64,000 nucleotides of DNA from Vulcanimicrobiota bacterium (GTDB lineage: Bacteria > Vulcanimicrobiota > Xenobia > Xenobiales > JADMJV01): assembly GCA_050250895.1 (NCBI GenBank), contig JBFWNU010000003.1, forward strand, positions 797,137 to 861,136, in the 5' to 3' direction. Positions 27,014 through 36,818 of this stretch are shown here, one piece after another. Within the stretch, counting starts at the first letter, position 1. Each line of letters opens with the position of its first letter. The position numbers were made by a program, and so were the translations under genes. The notes under the pieces are model-generated. The model made no database searches. It was not told the origin of the DNA and worked only from the letters and a program-made list of their open reading frames with translations.

Positions 27014-27331
27014 ATGATTCCGAAGCGACGCCCCAAGAGAGAATTGGTCGACTATCTGCGCCAGCTGGACGCCAGTGACGAGTATCCCGACGTGCCCCCT
27101 GAGCTGACCGTCATCGACAGTGTCGAGGGCTTGACGGTGCGCCTGCAGGATCCCGAGCGGGCGCTAGACGACTACCTGGCGGCCATGCGCGGCGAGCGGG
27201 GCGACGTGCCGGCGGTGATGGCTCGCAATGCCGGCCTGGTGGTGGCGCATCTCGAAGGCGCTCTCAGCTCGTTGGAGCACTTCCAGGCGCTGGTAGATTA
27301 TCAACGCGACTGTTGGACGGTGCGTAACTGA
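27014..27331 (+). CDS. Hypothetical protein
   Basis: ATG at 27014 with GGAGG RBS; 105 aa. Confidence 0.6.
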   Translation: MIPKRRPKRELVDYLRQLDASDEYPDVPPELTVIDSVEGLTVRLQDPERALDDYLAAMRGERGDVPAVMARNAGLVVAHLEGALSSLEHFQALVDYQRDCWTVRN

Positions 27332-27947
27332 GGTCGAAGCGCTGGGTGAAGACGCTGGCGAAGCTAAAGCCGGCGACCTGCCAGAACCAGACGCTGGTGA
27401 CGAGAAAGCCCAGCCCGAAGAGCAGCCCGCCAAAGGATAAGGCGAGGGCCGACAGGGCGATGCCCCAGGCCCTCCAATAAGCCAGTCCCCCCTGGAATAC
27501 CCGCGAGAGAGCCCGGGCGGGATTGAAGATCTCGGCCGCCTCGAAGTTCTTGCAGTAGTGGGTCATGTAGCCCGGGATGGCCACCGTGGCTGCCAGCAAC
27601 AAGACCCGGCCCGGCACCGTGTAGCCGAAGTAGAGCAGAAGGGCGCCGGGCGTGTAGTAGTAGAGCATGCCGAGGAAGGTGTAGAGGCCGTTGCGCCAGA
27701 GGCGGCCATAGTTGGTCCAGGCCGGCCACGGCTCCTGGCCGTGGTGCATGCGGTGGACCATCTCGATGCGGTGGCCCATGTTGAGGATCCAGCCGACTCC
27801 CGGCAGCAGCAACAGCAGGGCCGCTCCCCAGAGAACCTCGCGGCGGGCCGCTTCGGATTGGAGCGGAAAGCGGTAGGAGGTGGAGAGGCTGAGCGGCGAG
27901 CCCAAACGGACCCGCTCTCGTTCGAGACGGTCGAGAAAGTGACGCAC
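27264..27947 (-). CDS. DUF4013-like membrane protein
   Basis: SYRFP, LLLLLPGVGWILNMGH and PWPAW..YGRLW..G motifs; 4-5 TM helices. Confidence 0.75.
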   Translation of the reverse strand: MRHFLDRLERERVRLGSPLSLSTSYRFPLQSEAARREVLWGAALLLLLPGVGWILNMGHRIEMVHRMHHGQEPWPAWTNYGRLWRNGLYTFLGMLYYYTPGALLLYFGYTVPGRVLLLAATVAIPGYMTHYCKNFEAAEIFNPARALSRVFQGGLAYWRAWGIALSALALSFGGLLFGLGFLVTSVWFWQVAGFSFASVFTQRFDLSYAPSNSRVDNLPAPGSAPTS

Positions 27948-27975
27948 GCCTGCTCATTCCCTGGCCGTGGCCGCC

Positions 27976-28758
27976 TCAACCCAGGTTGCAGCACACTCCC
28001 GTCAGCCCCCAAAACCAGCAGGCCCAGGTCAGCACCAGCACGAGCAAGCCGGTGGCGAAGGCAGGTAATAGGGTTTCATCCAGTTGAAGTGCTCGTTCGA
28101 CCCGGGACAGGTGATGGTCGCTGGCCCAGTCGGCCAAGAGTTCGGCGGCCCGGTCGCTTTGGCCCCGGCTGCGCCCCCACTCCATCAAGCACTCGGCCAC
28201 CGGGTCGTCCGGGCCCGGCAGGGGAGCCAGCCGGGCCGCCTGCCAGGGGGGCAGGCCGCAGCGAACCAGAGCCTTCACGGCCACAAAGTGGCGGGCCGTG
28301 TCGGTTAGAGGGGTGGTCGGGCCCAGGCGTCGGGCCAGCGGAGACAGGACCAGCCAGGTGACCACCGCCAGCAGCAGCAGCCAGGGCGGATCCGGCAGTT
28401 CGCCATTGTCCGACAGCAGTCGGTGAAACAGCCAGAGGAACTTCATCCCTGAGGCGCCTCCTACCGTCAGCAGGAACCAGCGGGGGCCGCGGCCCCACCA
28501 GTAGCGATCGGCGGCCGAAAGCTGGCGATCCAGGCTGAGCCATTCGGCCAGATGCGAAGAGACCTCGGCCAGGCGCCGTCCCTGGTGACCGGCCAGCGCC
28601 GTGGCCAGGGCGGGGCCGAGGGCCTCGGGATCCTCGGCGGCCTGCCGCCACACAGGCTGACCGGTTTGCTCGGCCACCATCTCGAGGGCGACCGACCGAG
28701 CCACGCCGCAGTTGGCTAGCTCGGCGAGATAACGGAGTCCGGTTTCGAGTCGTTGCAT
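27976..28758 (-). CDS. Divergent type II secretion/pilus platform protein (GspF/PilC-like)
   Basis: Two repeats of L..L...G.....A plus TM helices; C-terminal WG...G....A...LAD pattern. Confidence 0.5.
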   Translation of the reverse strand: MQRLETGLRYLAELANCGVARSVALEMVAEQTGQPVWRQAAEDPEALGPALATALAGHQGRRLAEVSSHLAEWLSLDRQLSAADRYWWGRGPRWFLLTVGGASGMKFLWLFHRLLSDNGELPDPPWLLLLAVVTWLVLSPLARRLGPTTPLTDTARHFVAVKALVRCGLPPWQAARLAPLPGPDDPVAECLMEWGRSRGQSDRAAELLADWASDHHLSRVERALQLDETLLPAFATGLLVLVLTWACWFWGLTGVCCNLG

Positions 28759-28829
28759 GCCAGCCAGACGAGATTGCCCAGGGCAAAAGTTCACAAGGAG
28801 CCGTTCTCTTCTGGTCGAAGGCCAGGCCT

Positions 28830-30464
28830 GTGTCGACCAACCCCACCAGCCACCGGCCCACCATGCTCGCAGCGGCGGGTCTGACGGTAGCCCTGGTGCT
28901 CACCTATGTCAGGCTCTACTTCTGCGTGGATCTGTCCGACGAGGGCCTGTGGGTGGCGTTGCCCTACGCCTATCTGCTGGGGCACCGTCCCTACATCGAC
29001 GAACTGACGGTTTATCAGGGGTTGGGCCTCATCACTCTGCCCTGGGTCAAGCTCTGGGTGACGGTGGCGGGTAGCCACGGACTGGTGCTGTTCACTCGCC
29101 ACCTCTGGCTGGCTTATGCTTGCGGGGTGGGCTACACGCTCTGGCGCAGTCTGGGCGATCAGGTCGAGCCGGGAGTTCGGTTGGCGCTGGTGGCTCTTCT
29201 GATCACTTTTTACCCGTCGAGCCACACCAATCTGAGCTACACGCTGGCGGGAGCCTACGGCGTTCAGATGGGAACCTTGCTGCTCTATTGGGCCCAGACC
29301 AGTCGTCATCCAGGCCGACTGGTGGCCCTGGCCGTGTTATTCGAGCTGACGGCCGTCTTCGCGTACCCGCCCACCGGGTTGGCCTGTCTGGTTTCGGCCG
29401 GTTTGGGTATCTACGCCCTGTCGAAGCGGGTCGAGCGCCGTCAACTGCTAACCTGGCTGGCAGTCACCGGGGCCGGGCTAGCGATCATCGGGCTGGCCGT
29501 GGTCGGCTATGCCGGCCTCGAAAACCTGGGGAGAATCCTGGGCGGAGGGGCCGCCAGCGGAGTGCTGCCTTTTGGTTCGGGACGCATGCGCATGAACTGG
29601 GCCATGGTCACCACCTGGTGGCCGGCCGGGCTGGCTCTGCTGGTGTCTCTTTTGGTGTGCCTGCGGGTCGAGGCTCCCTGGCTGGCGGCTTTGCTGGTGG
29701 CGGTCGCGGTCGGGGCTAGCCTGGCCGTGAGCGGCTATCCCTTCGGGCCGGTGTTGCCGTTGCACGTCTATCTGCCGCTCTTTGCGCTGGTGATGCTGGT
29801 CCGCTGCCCCGCCGACCAACGCGCCTCGGCGGCGGTGGTGCTGGTGCCGGGGCTGGTGTTGGGAGCGACCATGACGGTGCTGGCCACGGTGGGTATCGTG
29901 GCCGGAGCCATCGGCTCGTTCGTGGCGGGTCTGTTCGCCCTGGCCAATCTGTCGCGCCAGAAGCCAGTCATGCCTTTGTTGATTTGCCTCCTGGTCGCTC
30001 AGTTGTGGGCGAGCTACCACTACACCTATCACGAGGACCCCATCCAGCGCCTCACCGCCCGGGTGCCGGTCGGGCCTTTCGCCGGGTTGTACACCACCCC
30101 CGAGAAGCTGGCCAACATCCTGCAGATGGCGGCCGGCTTAGAACGGATTGCGGGCCAGGGAAAGACCATCTTTTTCTATGACGAGTTCCCCTGCGGGTAT
30201 CTCTTCACCCAGAGGAGGCCCCAGACGCCGGCTCTGCAGACCTCGATGCGGCTGTTTCATCAGTATGACCGCACGGCTATCTTGAAGGAGTTCGAGCGAC
30301 GGGGCTTTCCCGAGGTGGTGGTGCAGATGAAACGCCACCTGGTCACCACCCAGATGATGCTGGTCTATCCCGACACCCCCGACCCGTTGGTCAGCTACTT
30401 TGGCGAGCCGCGCTATGCCAACGCCGTGGAGACGGCCGACTACATCATCTGGCTCAAGCGCTAG
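28830..30464 (+). CDS. Polytopic membrane protein, GT-C glycosyltransferase-like
   Basis: DLSDEG acidic motif after TM1; about 12 TM helices; periplasmic C-terminal domain. Confidence 0.65.
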   Translation: MSTNPTSHRPTMLAAAGLTVALVLTYVRLYFCVDLSDEGLWVALPYAYLLGHRPYIDELTVYQGLGLITLPWVKLWVTVAGSHGLVLFTRHLWLAYACGVGYTLWRSLGDQVEPGVRLALVALLITFYPSSHTNLSYTLAGAYGVQMGTLLLYWAQTSRHPGRLVALAVLFELTAVFAYPPTGLACLVSAGLGIYALSKRVERRQLLTWLAVTGAGLAIIGLAVVGYAGLENLGRILGGGAASGVLPFGSGRMRMNWAMVTTWWPAGLALLVSLLVCLRVEAPWLAALLVAVAVGASLAVSGYPFGPVLPLHVYLPLFALVMLVRCPADQRASAAVVLVPGLVLGATMTVLATVGIVAGAIGSFVAGLFALANLSRQKPVMPLLICLLVAQLWASYHYTYHEDPIQRLTARVPVGPFAGLYTTPEKLANILQMAAGLERIAGQGKTIFFYDEFPCGYLFTQRRPQTPALQTSMRLFHQYDRTAILKEFERRGFPEVVVQMKRHLVTTQMMLVYPDTPDPLVSYFGEPRYANAVETADYIIWLKR

Positions 30465-30513
30465 ACCCGCCTGATGCTTCGCAAAGACGAGGTATGGTCT
30501 CGCATCAGGTGGG

Positions 30514-30969
30514 TTACAACCGCAGGCTGAAGAACTGCACGTCGGGCTGAGGGTTGTCGCAGTAGCGCTCGCAGGGCTCGAAGCCGAGTTCGCGATAGAG
30601 GTCGATGGCCGTTTGCAACTTGCTGACCGTATCGAGCTTCATCTCGGCATAGCCGGCGGCCCGGGCTCGGGCGATGAGTTCCACGCAAAGCTGGCGCCCC
30701 AGACCGCGCGAACGGCCGGCCGGGCGCACGAAGAGTCGCTTCATCTCGCAAGCTCCGTCGCCCAGGCAGCGCATGGCGATACAACCGACCGGCTGACCGT
30801 CGAGTCGAGCCAGTAGGATGCAGCCCTGAGGGGGAGCGTAGAAGCCGGGTAATCCATCGAGTTCGTCAGCGAAAGACTGAAACGCCAAATCAAACCCCAG
30901 GCCATCGGCGTACTCTTGAAACAGTTCGCGCACCAGCGGCATCTCTTCGAGTTGGGCCTGGCTGATCAT
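30514..30969 (-). CDS. GNAT family N-acetyltransferase
   Basis: CEMKRLFVRPAGRSRGLGR and AIDLYRELGF motifs. Confidence 0.92.
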   Translation of the reverse strand: MISQAQLEEMPLVRELFQEYADGLGFDLAFQSFADELDGLPGFYAPPQGCILLARLDGQPVGCIAMRCLGDGACEMKRLFVRPAGRSRGLGRQLCVELIARARAAGYAEMKLDTVSKLQTAIDLYRELGFEPCERYCDNPQPDVQFFSLRL

Positions 30970-31063
30970 GGGTGGGCTGTTCGGTGCCCTTGAGCGGGCT
31001 GCCTTTTAAGGCTGATTTGAGGGCCGGGGTTCACTATCAGACAAGGTCCAGCAGGAGGACGCC

Positions 31064-32095
31064 TTGAGGATTGACCAATTTACGGGCGAAGTACGACGCA
31101 TTTCCCAGCGACCCCACCCGCTGGGCCAACAAATCATGGGCTCAAGCCACGCGTTTACCTGGCGGCTCGACAAGTTCGTGGGTCAGGATACACACGAAGC
31201 GCGGGCCAATCTTCTGCAACGGGCTCAACAGAACACTTCGCACAACAAATTCTGGAAGAACGTTACCTATGGCGTGGTCGGCGTGTCGCTGCTGGCGACT
31301 GCCGGGGCCCTGGGCGCCCACCAGGCGGGGCTGGCCGCGGGGGTCGTCTATGGCGCCCTTGGCCTGGCCGGTGCGGCCGGTGTGGCCAGCATCGCCAGCT
31401 TGGCTGCCGCTTCAGTGAATGGAAAGGTTAGCCAGCCACAGTCTGACCCGACCGTCCAGCGGATGGATGCCTGGCTCGACTTCGTGGCCAATCCCGAAGC
31501 CCCACTCTTTAGCCACCGCCCCGCGCCCGGCCAACCTCGAGTGCGTGACTTCACCCGCGCCGAGATCGTCGATTTCGCTCAGCGGACAGCCGCGGCTCGC
31601 CAACCGTGTCAAGAAGTCGTGCAAAACACCACCGAGCAGATGCTGGGCCAGGTGGAGCGGCAAAGCGGCGGCACTCTGTCTGAAATCGAGGCTAGCTTCC
31701 AGCGTTCAATAGGTAAAGCCCGACACAAAGCCAAGCTCGCTCGAGCTGCAACCTGGCTGACCGGCGGATTGGCAGTGGGAAGCCTCGCCTGTTTGGGATT
31801 GCTCGGCTCTCACCCCCTGCTTGCCGTAGCCGGCCCCTTCCTCGGTGCCCCGATTGGAGTGCTCGGAGCCCTGACCCTGTCTGGGAAGGAACGACACTAC
31901 GATTGGCAAGCCAGAAACCTCGACTATAACCGCGAGTTGATGGAAAGCTTTGTCGACTACCTCAACGATCCGCTACTGGCCGCTCAGAGAAATCAGGCCT
32001 ACGTGCACGAGCTGGCAGCCGGGCACGAGGTGATCCCGGTGGAGGAGACTTACGACTGGCTCGAGGTGGGCTCGGTCGGCCTGGCCAGAGGCTAG
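31064..32095 (+). CDS. Hypothetical membrane protein with two TM hairpins
   Basis: AGGAGG RBS, TTG start; internal duplication of a helical region plus a Gly/Ala-rich hairpin. Confidence 0.7.
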   Translation: MRIDQFTGEVRRISQRPHPLGQQIMGSSHAFTWRLDKFVGQDTHEARANLLQRAQQNTSHNKFWKNVTYGVVGVSLLATAGALGAHQAGLAAGVVYGALGLAGAAGVASIASLAAASVNGKVSQPQSDPTVQRMDAWLDFVANPEAPLFSHRPAPGQPRVRDFTRAEIVDFAQRTAAARQPCQEVVQNTTEQMLGQVERQSGGTLSEIEASFQRSIGKARHKAKLARAATWLTGGLAVGSLACLGLLGSHPLLAVAGPFLGAPIGVLGALTLSGKERHYDWQARNLDYNRELMESFVDYLNDPLLAAQRNQAYVHELAAGHEVIPVEETYDWLEVGSVGLARG

Positions 32096-33852
32096 GGCAG
32101 CTGCTCCTCCACTAGCTTTTGCAGAGTATCCAGGGGGACGGGGCCGTTGGTCAACACCACTTCGTGGAACTTGCGCAGGTCGAACCTGTCGCCCTGGCGC
32201 TGGCGGGCCTGCTCGCGCAATGCGAGGATTTTGACCATGCCCACCTTGTAGGCGGTGGCCTGCGAGGGCATCACGATGTGGCGTTCGACCATCTTGACAC
32301 AGTCACCCAGGCTGTTGGGCGTGTTCTGGTGGTAATAGTCGATGCCTTGCTGGCGCGTCCAGCGGCGGCTGTGAATGCCGGTGTCGACCACCAGCCGGCA
32401 GGCGCGGAAGAGCTCCATGGCCAGACGTCCGAAGTCGGCGTAGGGGTCTTGATAGAAGCCGATCTCCTTGGGCAGTTGCTCGCAATACAGACCCCAGCCC
32501 TCGATGTAGGCGGTGGGGTGGAGGAACTTGCGAAACTTGGGGATGTCGGTCAGCTCCTGGGCTAGCGAAAGCTGCATGTGATGGCCGGGGATGCCTTCGT
32601 GAAAGGCCAGCGCCTCCATCTGGTAGCGCGGCATGTCGGCCATGTCGTAGAGGTTGGCGTAGTAGTAGCCGGGGCGCGAGCCGTCCAGGGCCGGAGTTTC
32701 ATAGAAGGCCTTGCCGGCCGAGCGCTCGCGAAAAGGCTCCACCCGCTTGACCAGCATGTCGGCTTTGGGCTTGGTGATGAAGAGTTCGTCCAGGCGCCCC
32801 TTCATGCGGTTGACGATGGCCGTCGCTTCTTTGAGGTATTGTTGGCGGCCGTCGTCGTTGTTGGGGTAGTAAAAGCGCTGGTCCTCGCGCATGAAGGTGA
32901 AGAATTCGCTCAAGGTGCCCTTGAAGCCGACCTTTTTCATGATGGCCCGCATCTCGCCGTGGATGCGTTCGACCTCGGCCAGCCCGAGGTTGTGGATTTC
33001 GTCCGAGGTCATCTCGGTGGTGGTAGTGCGGCGCAGGGCCCAGGCGTAGAACTTGTCGCCCTCGGGCAGTTTCCAGGCCCCGTCGCGCTCGTCGGCGCGC
33101 GACTGCTGCTGCTCGAGCAGGGCGATCAGCTCGCGATAGGCCGGACCCACATCCTCGAGCAGAGCCTGGCGAGCCTCGTTGAGCAGGGCCTGGCGAACGG
33201 GCTCGTCGAGTTCGAGTTTTCTGACCTTCTGCTCGAAGTCATGGTAGAACACGTTGACCCCCTCGCCCTCGAAGGGAGCTCCGGTGAGAATATTGCGGCA
33301 ATCTTCGAGCACCAGGGCGAACACGAAGCGGGGAGGCACGATGCCTCGCTTTTCGCGCAGGCTCATGCCCTGGCACACCTGGGCCAACATCGGTTTGATG
33401 CCGTGCAGGCGTGCCAGATAGGCCTGCGCGTCGTCGAGGTTGTCGATGCGGTGAACGTTAGCCATGAAGGTCGGGATCTCGGCGTGGATGCCAAACATCT
33501 GGTTGACGGGATAGTTGTGATAGCGCCAGGGATAGGCCTCGATGTCTTGCCGGCTCTCGCGCACGAACAGGTCGTAGCTGAGCCTGGTCTGAGGGTCGAG
33601 CTTTTTGGGATCGACGGTCTGGCGCAGTTCGGTCAGGAACTTCTTGGTCAGCTCGAGTTCTTGCTTGGCGTGCTGGTCGGAGCGGTCGGTCCACTTGCCG
33701 TAGTCGCGCTTCATTCCCAGTCGGCTCATCTCTTCGGGGTTGCGCTCGAGGTGAGCCTGGTAAGCGCGTTCGAAGAGAGCATTGGCTTTCTCTGATTCGG
33801 TCTGGGCCAGCACCGGCAGAGTCAGCAGTAGAAAGAACAGGAGCATTCGCAT
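32092..33852 (-). CDS. DUF885 family protein (secreted, metallopeptidase-like)
   Basis: Signal peptide; HEGIPGHHMQ, AYIEGWGLYCE, RLVVDTGIH and PSQATAYKVG motifs. Confidence 0.93.
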   Translation of the reverse strand: MRMLLFFLLLTLPVLAQTESEKANALFERAYQAHLERNPEEMSRLGMKRDYGKWTDRSDQHAKQELELTKKFLTELRQTVDPKKLDPQTRLSYDLFVRESRQDIEAYPWRYHNYPVNQMFGIHAEIPTFMANVHRIDNLDDAQAYLARLHGIKPMLAQVCQGMSLREKRGIVPPRFVFALVLEDCRNILTGAPFEGEGVNVFYHDFEQKVRKLELDEPVRQALLNEARQALLEDVGPAYRELIALLEQQQSRADERDGAWKLPEGDKFYAWALRRTTTTEMTSDEIHNLGLAEVERIHGEMRAIMKKVGFKGTLSEFFTFMREDQRFYYPNNDDGRQQYLKEATAIVNRMKGRLDELFITKPKADMLVKRVEPFRERSAGKAFYETPALDGSRPGYYYANLYDMADMPRYQMEALAFHEGIPGHHMQLSLAQELTDIPKFRKFLHPTAYIEGWGLYCEQLPKEIGFYQDPYADFGRLAMELFRACRLVVDTGIHSRRWTRQQGIDYYHQNTPNSLGDCVKMVERHIVMPSQATAYKVGMVKILALREQARQRQGDRFDLRKFHEVVLTNGPVPLDTLQKLVEEQLP

Positions 33853-33934
33853 GGGCTCTGGGTTGGACTTTGCCACCAGGACTCCTTTTGGCCACCGCGA
33901 GAGGCTCAGCCCATCCAGGGTCGAAGTCTTCTCT

Positions 33935-35062
33935 ATGCTCAGGCCTATCGTGTCCAGTGCGAGTTGGATGCCTATCGCGCGCGCTCAAGCGCAACAGCCG
34001 GTCGCGCCGCCGGAGCAGCCCGAGATCCAGGATCAGGCGCAGCTCAGTCAGGCGTCGGCGAACCCGAGCTTCGGTGATGTCGCCCTCAGCTCGGCTCTGA
34101 CCGCTCTCAACCTGGCCGGGCAGACGCATCTGCACGCGGCTATCGCGGTGAGCCAGTTCTTATCGCGCGAGCGCCCGACGCAGAACCCGGCCATCTTGAC
34201 CATGCAGCCTCGGCTGCCGCCTCCGGCTTTGACCGGCGAGCAATCGGCCTTGCGCGATTCTCCAGCCGTCAAGCTCGACCGGCCCATGGTGCTCGTGCCC
34301 GGTTATCACACCCGGGTCGACCAGCTCGAGCCTCTGGTCGAGAAGTTGACCGAGGGCGGCCAAAATGGCCAGGCTTGCTATTTCTATAATGGCAGTTTCT
34401 ACGCCGACCGGGGTTGCAACGAACTGGTCGAGCAGCCTCCGGCCGATACCAGGGTCTTCATCAGCCTGCCCTACAGCGGTCGCGATAATCCTGACCTGGT
34501 GGCCGACCAGTTGACCGACTGCCTGGGCCGCATTCGTTCTGCCACCGGCACCGACAAGGTCGACGCGCTGGCCTATAGCATGGGCGGCTTGAGCTGCCAG
34601 CGCTATCTTGACCGGGGGGGCGAGAGCCTGGGCAAGTTGCTGATGGTGGGCACGCCCAATGGCGGCTCGGGGCTGGCTCACCTCAGCCTGAAGGCCCTCG
34701 ACGCGCAGTCGCGCGGCAACGACCTGAAGTGGCTGATGGCCCGAAGCGATGTGCTCGAAGAAGACCGCCAGGCTCTCGAGTGGCTGGCTCCCAAGAGCCC
34801 CATTCGCGACGACATGCAGAGTCGCTGGCCTCAGCAGCGAGGTCTGCTCGAGGCTGCCTTCATCGTGGGTGGGGCCAGTGTGCCCACCTTCTATTGGGGA
34901 GCCATGCCGATGACGCGGGGGGACGGCGTGGTCGACACCAGCAGCCTGGCCCTGGGCGACACCGAGGTCAAGCTGGTTTCGGGCCCCAGGCACGGAGCTC
35001 TGCTCTACCATCCCGAGGTGTACTCGACCATGATCGACTTTTTCAACTGGTCGCGTAGCTGA
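33935..35062 (+). CDS. Alpha/beta hydrolase (lipase/PGAP1-like)
   Basis: LVPGY oxyanion loop, AYSMGG nucleophile elbow, GTPNGGS, DGVV and catalytic His (RHGAL). Confidence 0.85.
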   Translation: MLRPIVSSASWMPIARAQAQQPVAPPEQPEIQDQAQLSQASANPSFGDVALSSALTALNLAGQTHLHAAIAVSQFLSRERPTQNPAILTMQPRLPPPALTGEQSALRDSPAVKLDRPMVLVPGYHTRVDQLEPLVEKLTEGGQNGQACYFYNGSFYADRGCNELVEQPPADTRVFISLPYSGRDNPDLVADQLTDCLGRIRSATGTDKVDALAYSMGGLSCQRYLDRGGESLGKLLMVGTPNGGSGLAHLSLKALDAQSRGNDLKWLMARSDVLEEDRQALEWLAPKSPIRDDMQSRWPQQRGLLEAAFIVGGASVPTFYWGAMPMTRGDGVVDTSSLALGDTEVKLVSGPRHGALLYHPEVYSTMIDFFNWSRS

Positions 35063-35201
35063 GCGAACTTTTCCGGCCCCTCGTTCGTCTGAATTGACGT
35101 GACCAGCCTCGAGGTCGGCCAGGACCGTGACCTGGGACTTTTCCGTCTGGACACAATTCGGTAACCACGCTGTTACAGACTGTGATTACGATCTGGGCCA
35201 G

Positions 35202-36137
35202 ATGCGGATCAGTGGTTGGACCAACACTCCTGTCGGTCGGGCCGTCGATTGGCTAGATCGCAAGTCGAGCCCCGAGCCCGATACCGACGGGAACCTTGAA
35301 AACCCGTCCTACGTCCAGGTAGCCCTGGGCGCAGGCGTAGAGGGTCTGTTGCTCGGGGGCGCCTCGGGCGCAGTCGATGCTCTGGGAGGCGGTCTGGCCG
35401 GTGTCTTCGTCGAGAATCGTACCGGCAGTACCGCCGCCGGTGTGGCGGCCGGGTTCGCAGTAGGGGCGGGCCTGGCGGCCGCCCAATCCGCCTGGCTGGG
35501 AGCGGGGCCGATGCTCCCCTCCGCCGTTCTGGGCGGGTTATTGGGGGCCTTTCAAACCCTGGGCGGTAGCAGCCTGGCCGGAGTTCGTGATTCCAGCGAC
35601 ATGGGCGCCATCATGGCCGGCGTGTTCATGCCTGGCGCCAGCAAAGTAGTAGGCGGCCTATCGGCCGCCGCGGCCCAGCGCTGGGCCCCCGATAGCCTGG
35701 CCGCCCAGAGCGCCATGGCCGCTGTCATCGGGGGGGGACTGGGAGCAGCCGTCGGCGCTTTAGGTCAAGGCCCCGGCCTGGTCAGCTCCATTCTCATCGG
35801 GGCCGCTTCGGGGGCCGGTGGAAGCCTGATCGGCCCACGCTTCGGCCAGCTGGTGCGCACCCTCAGTTGCGATGCCGGCGTAGCGGCCGAGGCCGGTCTC
35901 AAAAAAAGTGGACTCATCGACAAGCCCCTGAGTCCGATGGCCCGCACTCTACTGGGAGCGGTCCCCATCGGAATGACCACCGAGCTGGCCAAAGCGGCGG
36001 TTTACGCTGACGGCGGCTGGAAGGGCATCCTGGTGGGCGGGGTGGCCCAGACCCTGCAGCTGGTCGATGTCCTACGTCAGACCGGGGATCAGCACGCCGG
36101 TTCGGAAGAAGAAGACGTGCTCAACACTTTGAGCTAG
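35202..36137 (+). CDS. Hypothetical Gly/Ala-rich membrane protein
   Basis: ATG at 35202 (MRISG); many glycine-zipper helices. Confidence 0.7.
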   Translation: MRISGWTNTPVGRAVDWLDRKSSPEPDTDGNLENPSYVQVALGAGVEGLLLGGASGAVDALGGGLAGVFVENRTGSTAAGVAAGFAVGAGLAAAQSAWLGAGPMLPSAVLGGLLGAFQTLGGSSLAGVRDSSDMGAIMAGVFMPGASKVVGGLSAAAAQRWAPDSLAAQSAMAAVIGGGLGAAVGALGQGPGLVSSILIGAASGAGGSLIGPRFGQLVRTLSCDAGVAAEAGLKKSGLIDKPLSPMARTLLGAVPIGMTTELAKAAVYADGGWKGILVGGVAQTLQLVDVLRQTGDQHAGSEEEDVLNTLS

Positions 36138-36784
36138 TCGAAGCGGTAGCCACCGGCCAGGCTGGCCTCGCGCGGACGGTCCCGCGCCAGATACTGTTCG
36201 AGTGACTCCATGACCACCTCGCCGGGCTGGGAGCCCGGCAGGTAGTCGGCATTGTTGGTCGGGCGGTGAACAAAATTGCCGTCACCCACATAGACCCCGA
36301 CGTGAGTGTGATCCTCGGGGTTGGCCGAGTTACGATAGGTATCGTTGAAGGCCACGATGTCACCGGGCTGCAGATTCTCGACGTCGATGGGCTGGGCGCC
36401 CATCTGGCCGAAATCGCGAGCTCGCACGGTCGGCTCGAATCCCTCGGGGTTCGTGCCCGACTGCTCGATGACGTGGCTGACAAAGTCGGCGCAGCGAGCC
36501 TCTTCATCCGGTTTGAACTGGCTGCCGACCATGGATAGCGCCGTGTCGGCGATCTGTTGACCGGTGGGAGGGGTTCCCAGATCGCTGATGCCTTTGAGGG
36601 CGGCTGCACTGGCGCCAGGCTCGGTCTCGTCGGATTTGCCCACCGAGACTTTGTCCTTAGTCAGATCGGCCGGCCGGGCCTCGGATTTGGGAGAGGCGGC
36701 AGGCGCGCTTTTCGTGGCGCCTGCTGGGGATGCTGAGGGGCTTTTGCTGGCTGTCGAGCCAGCCGAACCAACGCTACCTGCCAT
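36134..36784 (-). CDS. NlpC/P60 (C40) cysteine peptidase/amidase
   Basis: CADFVSHV, LQPGDIVAF and HTHVGVYVGDGNFVH motifs; Ser/Ala-rich N-terminus without a Sec signal. Confidence 0.85.
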   Translation of the reverse strand: MAGSVGSAGSTASKSPSASPAGATKSAPAASPKSEARPADLTKDKVSVGKSDETEPGASAAALKGISDLGTPPTGQQIADTALSMVGSQFKPDEEARCADFVSHVIEQSGTNPEGFEPTVRARDFGQMGAQPIDVENLQPGDIVAFNDTYRNSANPEDHTHVGVYVGDGNFVHRPTNNADYLPGSQPGEVVMESLEQYLARDRPREASLAGGYRFD

Positions 36785-36818
36785 CCTCTCTTCATTCACC
36801 GAGGCCCGGCCAAAACCT

